A DNA stretch of 64,000 nt. Origin: a virus. Its lineage: Duplodnaviria; Heunggongvirae; Uroviricota; Caudoviricetes. The stretch lies in the IMG/VR virus record IMGVR_UViG_3300006217_000002; one strand, given 5' to 3'. A model generated the notes under the pieces. It saw nothing but the letters and a program-made list of their open reading frames with translations. It was not told the DNA's origin and searched no databases. Positions 49,434 through 59,116 of the stretch are shown one piece after another (within the stretch, counting starts at the first letter, position 1; every line of letters starts with the position of its first letter). A program made the translations under genes and the position numbers.

Positions 49434-50450
49434 ATGAAACAAAAATTGTATGTAACTGTAAGAGAGTCTGCTGGGTTTCTGTTTATGATGGAGATTGAAA
49501 GCGCATTATACGAAAAATTCGAAGATTTCAATGTTGTAATTGAAAATGACATAAGTGATTATAGCATTAAAAATGTAATCTCTGTTAATATGGATAATCT
49601 CGGAACAGCTGAAACAGCAGATATTTTAAAGCGATTAGCAGAATTTTCAAAAGCATTCAATGTGGTAATAATTACAGGAGAACAGAAAACAGGCGTTACT
49701 GCTGTAGGGTTTGACAAAGATATCCTGACTGATGACTTAAAAGAATTCTTCAATAATAGTCACGGAATTGTAAAAACAATCGAGCTTACATGTAGATGGT
49801 GCCCTGAACAATATGATTGTTTCGATGAATATGGTAATCAAGTTGCATATCTGAGATTGAGACATGGAGTATTTACTGTCGAGTGTCCTGATTGTGGAAT
49901 CGGAACTTCTACATGTGTATATGAAAATTGGGAAGACATTACCGGAGATGGAGACTTTGGAAGCGACGAGGAAAGAATTAGTCAGTTGGAATGTGCATTT
50001 AATGCTATTGACTATTATTATTCTCACACTGTAAAAACCATACGCAGAATTGCATCTGAGTCTGAAGATGAAGATTACAAATATGAGAAGATCGATTCTG
50101 AGTATACTGATCAGGAAATGATGGAAACATTATACGCATATCAGAAATCTAATTTCATGCCGGATGAAGTTCTTTCTATTAGACATAAAGGGCCTGCTAT
50201 TGGATACAAAGAAGCTGTAAAGAAAGTACTCAGAGAACATCGTCTGATTAGGCACAATATGTTTCCTGAAGAAAATGGTGCTGATGGTCTTAATGAAGAA
50301 CACATCGAACACGAGTTAGAATTTTTCAAAACGACAATCGATGGGCTTGGAGGTCAAATCAAAACAATCAATTGGTTGTTTAATAAGAACTTTAAAGACT
50401 TTGAAACTATATTCAGGGAATATGCTACTAAGGGTACTAATAGTCTATAA
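49434..50450 (+). CDS. Hypothetical protein (CPEQYD/YLRLRHG domain)
   Basis: AGGAGGT RBS before ATG 49434. Confidence 0.7.
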   Translation: MKQKLYVTVRESAGFLFMMEIESALYEKFEDFNVVIENDISDYSIKNVISVNMDNLGTAETADILKRLAEFSKAFNVVIITGEQKTGVTAVGFDKDILTDDLKEFFNNSHGIVKTIELTCRWCPEQYDCFDEYGNQVAYLRLRHGVFTVECPDCGIGTSTCVYENWEDITGDGDFGSDEERISQLECAFNAIDYYYSHTVKTIRRIASESEDEDYKYEKIDSEYTDQEMMETLYAYQKSNFMPDEVLSIRHKGPAIGYKEAVKKVLREHRLIRHNMFPEENGADGLNEEHIEHELEFFKTTIDGLGGQIKTINWLFNKNFKDFETIFREYATKGTNSL

Positions 50451-50456
50451 TAATTA

Positions 50457-50496
50457 AAAATAATATATAGGGAGATATCTCCCTATATATTATTTT
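50457..50496. terminator. Perfect 40-bp palindrome containing the early-promoter-like motif
   Basis: AAAATAATATATAGGGAGAT/ATCTCCCTATATATTATTTT. Confidence 0.65.
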
Positions 50497-50516
50497 ATAT
50501 AAGGAGGAATAATTTT

Positions 50517-50969
50517 ATGAATATATTAAATGAAGAAACTATAAAGATTCTTAAAGATATTAGAAATTATATCAAAGATCATTATCCAGATAGCTGCATA
50601 GCCCATAATCAAGAAAAAGAAGGAGAAGAACTTCTGGAGGAATGTTCAGATTTTTTCAAATATGAGATCCTTGGATTTTGTGGTTGCGGAATGAATTCAC
50701 TTTGTGTCGAAAGTGTGGTCAATTATTTAAGTATAGTAAAGGTACAGTGTGAATTAAATTTTAAAACTGAAAAATTATATCAAGAAAAATTTGGTATAAA
50801 CGACGTATACTCAAATGGATTGATATTATATATGGCATATGATCTTGATGATAGGGAACTGACTGAACATGGATCGAACATAAGCGGTGCTTGGTTGACT
50901 ACATTAGGAGATATATGTTTATATGTATTCGATCTATTATTGAAGGAGGAAATAAATGGTGAGGGATAG
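50517..50969 (+). CDS. Hypothetical protein (GFCGCG, TEHGS motifs)
   Basis: AAGGAGG RBS; 150 aa. Confidence 0.7.
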   Translation: MNILNEETIKILKDIRNYIKDHYPDSCIAHNQEKEGEELLEECSDFFKYEILGFCGCGMNSLCVESVVNYLSIVKVQCELNFKTEKLYQEKFGINDVYSNGLILYMAYDLDDRELTEHGSNISGAWLTTLGDICLYVFDLLLKEEINGEG

Positions 50970-51237
50970 AGATATTTTTGTCAACGATATAAAAGTAGGT
51001 GATTGGGTATATCTTACAAAAAGAATTGAAGAATATCAGAAGAATCCAATTGACATGTGTAAAGATGCTCCATCACAACCATTCAAAACAAAGGTAAGAA
51101 ATATCGTTCATACTAAAAATGGTAAGACATTATATCAAGTTAACAGATGTCATTTTAGTGACAAAGATATTGGAGTCAGTGTCTTTAAAAATTATGATGA
51201 TGCCAGAGATAATTTGAAAAAGGAAAGAGGTTTATAA
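50956..51237 (+). CDS. Hypothetical protein
   Basis: AAGGAGG RBS; 93 aa. Confidence 0.65.
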   Translation: MVRDRDIFVNDIKVGDWVYLTKRIEEYQKNPIDMCKDAPSQPFKTKVRNIVHTKNGKTLYQVNRCHFSDKDIGVSVFKNYDDARDNLKKERGL

Positions 51238-51239
51238 TA

Positions 51240-51767
51240 ATGAGAATTGATTTAGATATAAGATTATATACTGATGGGGATTTTTCTTTCGGAGATGTAT
51301 CAAAACTGATCGATAGAGAATCTCCTGAGTACGATTCTATATATGTTGGATATGCTGCTGTAAATGAAGATTATTATATACTAATCCGATCTGTTATTTC
51401 AGGGAATGATGATGAAGTTTGCTTGAAAGCTTTAGAAAATATCTTTGATAACATATCCAACAATTTACGTGCAAAAGATTATGTAAAGAAATATATCGAA
51501 GATATTATAGATCCTATTAGAAATCATATTGTATACTGTAAGGGAAATATGGAATATAATGATGTGTTGTCAGGAAATTATGAAGGAAATATTCATATAT
51601 CAATTAATAATAATAAATCTCCTTGTGAATATGAATGGGACGTAACAGAAGAAATGCTAAAAGAGTTAGAAGAGAATGTTGTTTTGAAAGGGCACAGAGA
51701 AATCTCCAAAACTCTAGAAATACAAGCTCATGAAATATTTTCACAAGGGGAGGGGAATGGAAGATGA
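51240..51767 (+). CDS. Hypothetical protein
   Basis: 175 aa, within an operon. Confidence 0.65.
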   Translation: MRIDLDIRLYTDGDFSFGDVSKLIDRESPEYDSIYVGYAAVNEDYYILIRSVISGNDDEVCLKALENIFDNISNNLRAKDYVKKYIEDIIDPIRNHIVYCKGNMEYNDVLSGNYEGNIHISINNNKSPCEYEWDVTEEMLKELEENVVLKGHREISKTLEIQAHEIFSQGEGNGR

Positions 51768-51904
51768 TATTATATCCTGACTGCGATTATTATCGTGAGA
51801 AAAGAGATGATGAATTTGCATCAATAGATGAGTGCGAAAGTTGTTATCGTTATGATATATGCAAAACTGCATATGATAAGCAGCAAAAGGAGGAAAATAA
51901 ATAA
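51764..51904 (+). CDS. 46-aa Cys-rich protein (not in the ORF track)
   Basis: MILYPDCDYY...ECESCYRYDICKTAY...; ATGA and TAATG overlaps with both neighbours. Confidence 0.65.
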   Translation: MILYPDCDYYREKRDDEFASIDECESCYRYDICKTAYDKQQKEENK

Positions 51905-52521
51905 TGGATTTAGGAGCATATGGACAAATTGAATATCTAAAAAGCATAGCAGAAGCTAATAATATCGATATCCCAAGATTGAGGGGATATCGATTAATGA
52001 AAAATGAAAGTATGGTATCAAAAGATCAAATTGATGAAATGATGAAAGATTGTGAAATTGATATCGCCGAATGGTTATGTGAGACAGAACCTCCGTTTGA
52101 TAACAGATGTAATTGCAGATGTTGGTGTGAAGAGACCGATAATGTCAAAAGATATTATCTTATTCTGAATCCAAAACGGCATGAAGAAGGAGAAAGAGAA
52201 TACATAGGTATTCGTTGGGATAGAATTCATGGAAAGAAACGAAAGATCTTGAAATTTGAAATTAAGAAACAGAAGAAAAGAATTCAACAGCAATATGATG
52301 TATTCAATAAATATGTAGGCAGAGAAGACGTGCTTTATATCCATTCAAGGATGGGAGGAGATAATTGGAAGTGTTTTAAGAATAAACACGAGTTGATATC
52401 TCAACCATGGTTCTTGGAAAGAGTTGATGATTCTTTCGATAATACTTATTGTGACTTCTATGCAAAAATTGACTTGAATAAATCTGTACATGGAGGTAAT
52501 GATGAAAAATTGGATAAGTGA
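51904..52521 (+). CDS. Hypothetical protein
   Basis: AAGGAGG RBS; 205 aa. Confidence 0.7.
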   Translation: MDLGAYGQIEYLKSIAEANNIDIPRLRGYRLMKNESMVSKDQIDEMMKDCEIDIAEWLCETEPPFDNRCNCRCWCEETDNVKRYYLILNPKRHEEGEREYIGIRWDRIHGKKRKILKFEIKKQKKRIQQQYDVFNKYVGREDVLYIHSRMGGDNWKCFKNKHELISQPWFLERVDDSFDNTYCDFYAKIDLNKSVHGGNDEKLDK

Positions 52522-52645
52522 AAATAGCAAAGAGTATTATAGTGGAATTCCTAATAATGATGAAATTATGGATATCATAGGAAGAATATCTCTTGCAATA
52601 TTTGCAGTTCTCGCTATTGTATTTATTATTGGAATGATGTTATAG
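52502..52645 (+). CDS. 47-aa membrane peptide (not in the ORF track)
   Basis: GGAGGT RBS; C-terminal ISLAIFAVLAIVFIIGMML. Confidence 0.55.
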   Translation: MKNWISENSKEYYSGIPNNDEIMDIIGRISLAIFAVLAIVFIIGMML

Positions 52646-52657
52646 GAGGTGATTACA

Positions 52658-52957
52658 ATGGATGAAAATATGCAGTTGCTTACGACATGTAAACAAGCTG
52701 TCATGAAAATGGAATCAGCAATGTCTGATATCAATGAGATAAAAGAATCAGAATTGCTAACAGAAGATGAAAAACATGTATTCGACAATATGATAGAAAC
52801 AACTGGAGACATGATGGCGGTTATCGTGAATATGGTATCTGAAAAATCAGGTGTAAGTGAAGAAGACTTTATGAGCGAACAGATTACTCCTGAAGAAATA
52901 TCGGAATATCCTGATGTAAATAAATCTGAAGATATTCTCAATGAGCCAATAGAATAA
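52658..52957 (+). CDS. Hypothetical acidic protein
   Basis: AGGAGGTG RBS before ATG 52658. Confidence 0.65.
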   Translation: MDENMQLLTTCKQAVMKMESAMSDINEIKESELLTEDEKHVFDNMIETTGDMMAVIVNMVSEKSGVSEEDFMSEQITPEEISEYPDVNKSEDILNEPIE

Positions 52958-52974
52958 AAAATAAGTAATTAAGA

Positions 52975-52999
52975 AGAGGGAGCTTTTTGAGCTCCCTCT
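52975..52999. terminator. Bidirectional hairpin terminator
   Basis: AGAGGGAGCT/AGCTCCCTCT between convergent genes. Confidence 0.7.
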
Positions 53000-53008
53000 A
53001 ATTTCTTT

Positions 53009-54442
53009 TTATCGACAATAGGTTTCTCTGATCTTATCAAGCAATGCTTGTACAGCAACCGGTTTAATATTTAATCTTTCATTGAGCTGAGACTTTACAA
53101 ACGGAATCAAGTCAGAAGAAATTCCTACTTTTTCTTTTCCTCTTGTATTGATAGCTCTCATAAGATCTAATCCGTTTGATATATTTCTTTTTGTAGAAAC
53201 GTCATATATTGTCCGAAGAGCTTCTACACTTTTAACGTACTTATGATTAGATTTAATAGGTTGCATTACAATACTACCAGCATTTCTTTCCTTTATACCA
53301 AACAGCCCAAATAGACCATAGTAAATTGAGTTACCTATAGCCTTGTAATATGTCGATTCCTTCATCGGATGGTGTCCTTTGAAATTCTTTTTGTAATTCC
53401 TATACATTCCTCTTGCTCTGATATCGTTAGTTACAATATTAGACATATATGAGATTACTTTTAGCATTTCATCATTATTAATAATCTCGTCATTCAACGG
53501 GTTATTTTCAATACTGACTGTAACATCACCATCCAATTCAGATATATCTTTAGCAAACCTTGATTTATATCTAGACACTGTAGTTGCTTTAATTCCGAAA
53601 GCTTCAGCTGTTTTATCAATTCCATTCGTTTCAAGATATGCTAAAAATTCCTTCTTTCTGAATATATCCCACATAGGCTTAGACCCGTCAAGATCATCAT
53701 CACAATTATATCCTTTCAGATCTATTCCTTTAATTTTTATATGATGATATTTGTATCTATCAGTATGGAAGAAATCGTCTATGTTAAGATCTCTACATAA
53801 GGAATCAACAAACATCGGCATATCAATTTCATCAGCATCAATAGATCTATCTGCACAATATTTATCAAATATATCTCTGATGTCTGATATAGGAATCTCA
53901 ACTTCTGAATTAGATACAACTATATTTTCTTCTATGAAAGCTTTTATAACTTCCTTGCTGTCGATACTACAAAGTTTAGGTTTGTTATATTCCTTGCTAT
54001 ATATATCATCTATTTTCTTAGCTACAACCTCCTCTCCATGATTTCTTAAATAAGAGGATATAGAAGGATTTGTTAATGTCAGCATTGATAAATCAAGATC
54101 TAACATAACGTCATCAGGTAACGTACATATGTACTTGTCTAACATCTTAGGATGAGCAGGAAATATTTTTCTAGGCTGTGCATATGTAGTAGTGACGCTG
54201 AATACATGTTTTAGATCAATTCTAATATCAGTTTCATACCTTTTATGAGATGAGCATGGAATAACCAATATCGAGTGCTGATCAATAGTTTCGCTATCTT
54301 GTATTATGATAGCATATCTGTTAAATCTCAGAGTCATTTCACCGACTTCTATGTCTTTTCTTCTGTTATCCTTCTTCTCTCCGTAAATTGGATCAGTCCA
54401 CCTCCAGACTTGCCCTCTTATGAATCTCATTGTAGTCTCCAT
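53009..54442 (-). CDS. PemK/MazF-like domain fused to winged-helix and HTH-like domains
   Basis: RGQVW...RYAIIIQ...ILVIPCSS...LDKYICTLPDDVM (MazF-like); FIEENIV...IRDIFDKYC; GIDKTAEAFGIKATTVSRY (HTH). Confidence 0.6.
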   Translation of the reverse strand: METTMRFIRGQVWRWTDPIYGEKKDNRRKDIEVGEMTLRFNRYAIIIQDSETIDQHSILVIPCSSHKRYETDIRIDLKHVFSVTTTYAQPRKIFPAHPKMLDKYICTLPDDVMLDLDLSMLTLTNPSISSYLRNHGEEVVAKKIDDIYSKEYNKPKLCSIDSKEVIKAFIEENIVVSNSEVEIPISDIRDIFDKYCADRSIDADEIDMPMFVDSLCRDLNIDDFFHTDRYKYHHIKIKGIDLKGYNCDDDLDGSKPMWDIFRKKEFLAYLETNGIDKTAEAFGIKATTVSRYKSRFAKDISELDGDVTVSIENNPLNDEIINNDEMLKVISYMSNIVTNDIRARGMYRNYKKNFKGHHPMKESTYYKAIGNSIYYGLFGLFGIKERNAGSIVMQPIKSNHKYVKSVEALRTIYDVSTKRNISNGLDLMRAINTRGKEKVGISSDLIPFVKSQLNERLNIKPVAVQALLDKIRETYCR

Positions 54443-54458
54443 GTTAGTAACTCTCCTT

Positions 54459-54800
54459 TCAATAATAATCGCCTACATTATCTTTTACAAATCCTTTCAT
54501 ATATTCTTTAGGAGGTTCCTTCCATGCTACAACATTAATAGTTCTATCACATAATCCAATAGTTTTAAGAAGTTTATCATTCTTCTTGGTTTCATTGTTG
54601 TATCCATAAACATCGTAATCATCAAAGATAGTTTGTCTTCTATTATCTTTGAACCTCCCTACTGTAGGATACCAGTATAGATCCATAACATATCGCTGCT
54701 GTCCAGGTACTTCTACAGTACAAATATAATTTCCCTTAGTTTTAGGCTTTATTTTAGGAAATGGTCTCCACATATTAAAGATTCTTCTTAAATTAAACAT
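54459..54800 (-). CDS. Hypothetical protein (DUF551-like WxP...VVAW pattern)
   Basis: AAAGGAG RBS before ATG 54800; the upstream extension in the track overlaps another gene. Confidence 0.6.
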   Translation of the reverse strand: MFNLRRIFNMWRPFPKIKPKTKGNYICTVEVPGQQRYVMDLYWYPTVGRFKDNRRQTIFDDYDVYGYNNETKKNDKLLKTIGLCDRTINVVAWKEPPKEYMKGFVKDNVGDYY

Positions 54801-55224
54801 CAATGTCTCCTTTCTTTGTATATGATGATAATAAATAAATCTTCTTACATATTTCTTTAATTTTTCTGATAAATCTCTTAAAGATATTTTCTTTCTTGGA
54901 TTTATCTGTAAATAAATCAGAACTAGGAAATGTCCATATATTACCATAATGATTGATTTCTCCCAAATATATAACTCTTCTCCTATCATCTGAAGGAATA
55001 TCGGATATAACAGTCCCTGATTCAGTTTCATGTATGTGAAGATTAGTTTGTTTAAATACAGGACACCTATATGGGGAACATTGATTTGATTTGAGAGGAC
55101 AAATTTTACAATGTTCATATGAACCTTCAAACCAATGGCCTCCTATTAAAGGCACTGTGTTATTTTTATATGCATCACCATCTGTAATTTTTTGATCATT
55201 CCATTTCCAATTATTTTCGTTCAT
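54793..55224 (-). CDS. Hypothetical protein with a Cys cluster
   Basis: AAAGGAG RBS; CKICP....C....CP. Confidence 0.6.
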   Translation of the reverse strand: MNENNWKWNDQKITDGDAYKNNTVPLIGGHWFEGSYEHCKICPLKSNQCSPYRCPVFKQTNLHIHETESGTVISDIPSDDRRRVIYLGEINHYGNIWTFPSSDLFTDKSKKENIFKRFIRKIKEICKKIYLLSSYTKKGDIDV

Positions 55225-55235
55225 TATATTCTCCT

Positions 55236-56981
55236 TTAATATTCATCTAAGTCTACAAACTCTGACTGCTTAATAGTTTGCAATCTTGGAACCGCGTTTG
55301 CCTTTTCTTTATCAATAATATCAATATCTGATACTAGACTCTGAAGCGATAATACTTTATCAATATTAATATCATCAATTAGACGTAATCCATTTTTCTT
55401 TGAGAACGGATGAGCTAAATATGTGTACTTAGCAAACTCAGATTCTGACGAATCAATACGTCTTCTTTTAACTACTTCGAGTTCCATATATCTATCATCT
55501 GTTCCAGGTTTATATGCAATATTTGTCATAGCTACAAAATCAGAAGTTTCAATTACTTCCCACGCATCTCCAGTATGTTCTCTACCTACATTCTTAAGAC
55601 CATCTCCTTTTCCTTGTCTTACAGCATTATCAAGAACAGCAGCTCCTGCTCTATTCATTTGATGAGCAGTTACTACTGGGATATCCTCTCGTACTGCTAA
55701 TGCTTTAAGTTCGTTAATAATTCTATTTAATTCCAGCTTTACATTATCAGCTGCTGGTGTTGCTGGTTCAATACGTTTGATATAGTCAAATACTAATGTA
55801 CATACTTCCATATTTTCATCTCTAAGATCAGAGATAATTGTAAACAGGTCATCAGTATTAATCTCTCTATATGAGAAATATTTAATGACTAGCTCGATAT
55901 TACTTTTATTGCTTTCATCCGGCTCCTTAATAAGATCTGCTAATGTTCTTTCATTAGTATCCAAATCAGTAACAACTACATCATCTTTCAATATTCTTGT
56001 TATACCTAATTCATTACAAAGAATATCTGTTGCCTCATCTACAGAATAGTTAGTAATAGGATCATCGAATGTCATATTCCAAATCCTTTCAATCGTTTCT
56101 GTAAATGAGTTTTCCATAGTTATATATAGAACACACGATCTCATACCAGGAGTTCTTGGTTGGTAATCTGGGTTATACTTTCTTATATCAAGAGCAGTCT
56201 TTAAAAGGATTAATGATTTACCAGATCCTGGCGCCCCTATATAAGTATACAATCTTCCATTCATGTAAGCTGGAGATAATAAAGTATTCCATCTTCTTAT
56301 TCCAACTTTAAACATGTTATTTGAAACACTTAATGATTCAATAGTAGAACTTAAAGCTTCTTTAACTGAATCAATATCTGCAGTATTAAATGTCACTTTA
56401 TTGGCTACTAAATTTGTGTTATGTTTAATATCCAATAGACTTTGAGATATCATAAATAATCTTTCCAATATGACTCTAAAAGCTCCTGAATCATTTAGAT
56501 CGATATCTTCTAATAAAGTAATATATTCATCTCTTACTGCACCTACGAATCCTAACTGTAAAGCTTCAGCTATTAGATCAAATATCATTTTAGCTTCTGG
56601 AGGAGTGACGATATTAGGATCGTTTATACATTCTTCGATGACACTATTTTTTATATTATCAAAATCAGGTTGTCTTTTAGCCATCTCAATGATAATATCT
56701 GGGGATACAACTCCAGAAAGCCATTCTTTTGATATATAGCTTATACACCATATGAATGAAAGAAGTTCCTGATGATTCTGATATTTCTTTAAATCTAGAT
56801 TAGCAAATAATCTATTTATGTTCTTAACTGATTTGAATGTCCTGAATCCAGAATGTTCCATAGTGAGTATCTTGAGTATGGACTTCAGAATAGGTCTTTT
56901 ATAAAACACGCTTATCTTATCAAATTTGATCTCGTTTGTTTTCGGAAGCGTTGTTATTTTTTTCTTACTACTTTTTGGCAT
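55236..56981 (-). CDS. dnaB: DnaB-like replicative helicase
   Basis: GAPGSGKS Walker A, LYITMENS, VFDYIKRI, ELKALA...PVVTAHQMNR. Confidence 0.88.
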   Translation of the reverse strand: MPKSSKKKITTLPKTNEIKFDKISVFYKRPILKSILKILTMEHSGFRTFKSVKNINRLFANLDLKKYQNHQELLSFIWCISYISKEWLSGVVSPDIIIEMAKRQPDFDNIKNSVIEECINDPNIVTPPEAKMIFDLIAEALQLGFVGAVRDEYITLLEDIDLNDSGAFRVILERLFMISQSLLDIKHNTNLVANKVTFNTADIDSVKEALSSTIESLSVSNNMFKVGIRRWNTLLSPAYMNGRLYTYIGAPGSGKSLILLKTALDIRKYNPDYQPRTPGMRSCVLYITMENSFTETIERIWNMTFDDPITNYSVDEATDILCNELGITRILKDDVVVTDLDTNERTLADLIKEPDESNKSNIELVIKYFSYREINTDDLFTIISDLRDENMEVCTLVFDYIKRIEPATPAADNVKLELNRIINELKALAVREDIPVVTAHQMNRAGAAVLDNAVRQGKGDGLKNVGREHTGDAWEVIETSDFVAMTNIAYKPGTDDRYMELEVVKRRRIDSSESEFAKYTYLAHPFSKKNGLRLIDDINIDKVLSLQSLVSDIDIIDKEKANAVPRLQTIKQSEFVDLDEY

Positions 56982-57051
56982 ATAAAATGACTCCTTTCCT
57001 TCACCAAGTAATAATTTGCATCAAATTAATCATATTTAGAAAAGAGGTTGA

Positions 57052-59076
57052 GTGTTTATGAAAGATATAAAAAGTCTTTACAACGAAGCGAGAAAAACTG
57101 GTAATGCATCAGATATTTCCGCATATCAAGAAGCAATTCAGACTTATCTTGAGTGCAACCCCTATGGTTATATTTCAAACCTAGAATATATCATTACATC
57201 TGATATTGGGGCTAGTACTCTAAAAAAGTTTGTAGAAACAAATGGTTTACCAATTTCTTGCTATGATAATGTTATGGAAGTGCTTGAAAAAGCAATCCAT
57301 AAATGTGATATCTCAGGAAAAGACAGTTCATATTTCAAAGAGGCTGCTGACTGGTTATCTAACTATCGCAGGAAATATTTGAATTGCTTTATGATGTATG
57401 AATATTATACAGAAGAAGTAGATCCTAGATATGTTGAAACATATTATGGTTTTAACGAATCTGGTATTCCTGGAAGAAAACTAGTGGCAGGAATGATTGA
57501 TTCCTTTGGAGAGTCTGCTGTAGCAGATGCGTTAATTACATCAAATACCATCGGGTCAGAATCTACAGCGATATTGCATGACTATTGTACGAATAAATAC
57601 GCCGGTAATAAGATGATGTTCGAGTGGTTGGCAGTAACACTTAATGATTTATTTATTAAAAACTATGCAGAATCAGTAACAAGTAGTATTACCGATAATT
57701 CGCTATCACGAAAAGTAGCTGATAGTAAATCCGAAAAATGTAAAGTATATAGAGAATCTGTTATTTGTAATACTGATGCTGTATATGAATATTCCGAAGA
57801 AGAAATTGAAAATATTAAATCATTAATTGAGTTCAAAGAATATCAGTTAACTTGGGCAGATGAAATGACTGAAAGTAATATCATGGATATTCAGCATGAG
57901 ATTTATGATTTATATGAAGAATTAGCTTCTGTCATATCAGAATCAGACGCTGATCTTGTAGATATGCTTCCTGGAACTCCTGTAAAAGAAGGGGCTCCTT
58001 GGATAGTAAATACAAGGAACAAGAAAACTGGATCATCCCCTACCTATATAGGTAGAAATCACGATATGGCTAAATACGGAGAAGATGATGATTCTGGAGA
58101 AGTTGTTAAATCTGATAATCCTGATATGAGCATGGATGATTATAAACGTCCATCTGCTGGGGGTACTTCATCTCTTGATACTAATGATTTAGATGATGAA
58201 GAAAATAATTCATCTGAAGATAAATCAAGTAAAACTAATGATAATACAAGCGGTGTTCAGAATTATTATTATTATACATACAATAATTCATTGAATAAAA
58301 ATAGTAATTCTTTCAATAGGGATAATAGCTCTAAAGATGATCATTCTATTCATAAATCATCTTATGATTCTTCTACTGGAAAACATGTTAATTCTCATAA
58401 CAACAATGTAGAAGAAGTTAATAATAAAGAAGAAAAAGATTTTGAAGGATTAAAAGAATCTTCTCTTCCTTGGGAACTTAATATCGGTTTTGAAATCAAA
58501 TCTATCAACGAAGCAGTAGGTGATGCTGATGATAACAAACCTGAATCAGATCATCCTATTAAAGATATTCTTACAGATATTGATAGAGCAACTGTAAAGA
58601 AGCAGCAACAGGCTAAGAAGAAAGTTCAGGATATTCAGAATGTTGGTAGAGCTGCTATGAAACCTGTTAATAGAACTAAAGAGTGGATTGGAAACATGAT
58701 AGGCAAGTGGAAGGATGCTGACGAAACTAATATCAAAGAGAAGATGGCCGATCCTCATGCTAGAAGTAATTTATTCACTGCTATTAAGAAATCTATTACA
58801 GCTGGATCTCTTCTCAAAGCAGGCCTACTTCTTAATCCTGTATTTTTGTTTTTAACAGTTACTAGAGGTATCGGTAAAAACAAGAGAGAATTCAGAATCC
58901 GTAATGAAATGATAGGAGAAATCAAGACTGAAATTTCCATCATTGATGAGAAGATTAAAGATGCTGATTCTAAAGGAGATAACAAAGCTAAGTATCAATT
59001 AATGCGTTTTAAAAACGAATTAAATAAGAAGCTGTTGAGAGTCGGTGGAGGTAAAAGATGGGCTAAGCTCATATAA
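57052..59076 (+). CDS. Putative head structural protein
   Basis: GTG start after GAGGT; upstream of the capsid gene; many xES/xEA motifs; C-terminal coiled coil. Confidence 0.6.
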   Translation: MFMKDIKSLYNEARKTGNASDISAYQEAIQTYLECNPYGYISNLEYIITSDIGASTLKKFVETNGLPISCYDNVMEVLEKAIHKCDISGKDSSYFKEAADWLSNYRRKYLNCFMMYEYYTEEVDPRYVETYYGFNESGIPGRKLVAGMIDSFGESAVADALITSNTIGSESTAILHDYCTNKYAGNKMMFEWLAVTLNDLFIKNYAESVTSSITDNSLSRKVADSKSEKCKVYRESVICNTDAVYEYSEEEIENIKSLIEFKEYQLTWADEMTESNIMDIQHEIYDLYEELASVISESDADLVDMLPGTPVKEGAPWIVNTRNKKTGSSPTYIGRNHDMAKYGEDDDSGEVVKSDNPDMSMDDYKRPSAGGTSSLDTNDLDDEENNSSEDKSSKTNDNTSGVQNYYYYTYNNSLNKNSNSFNRDNSSKDDHSIHKSSYDSSTGKHVNSHNNNVEEVNNKEEKDFEGLKESSLPWELNIGFEIKSINEAVGDADDNKPESDHPIKDILTDIDRATVKKQQQAKKKVQDIQNVGRAAMKPVNRTKEWIGNMIGKWKDADETNIKEKMADPHARSNLFTAIKKSITAGSLLKAGLLLNPVFLFLTVTRGIGKNKREFRIRNEMIGEIKTEISIIDEKIKDADSKGDNKAKYQLMRFKNELNKKLLRVGGGKRWAKLI

Positions 59077-59116
59077 CCTTTAATATACAAATATCAAAGA
59101 AAGGAGGTTATTCCAT

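Noticed and set aside
54801-55130. N-terminal extension of the 223-aa ORF 54459-55130
   Set aside because: Overlaps the 54793-55224 gene in another frame; a good RBS supports ATG 54800
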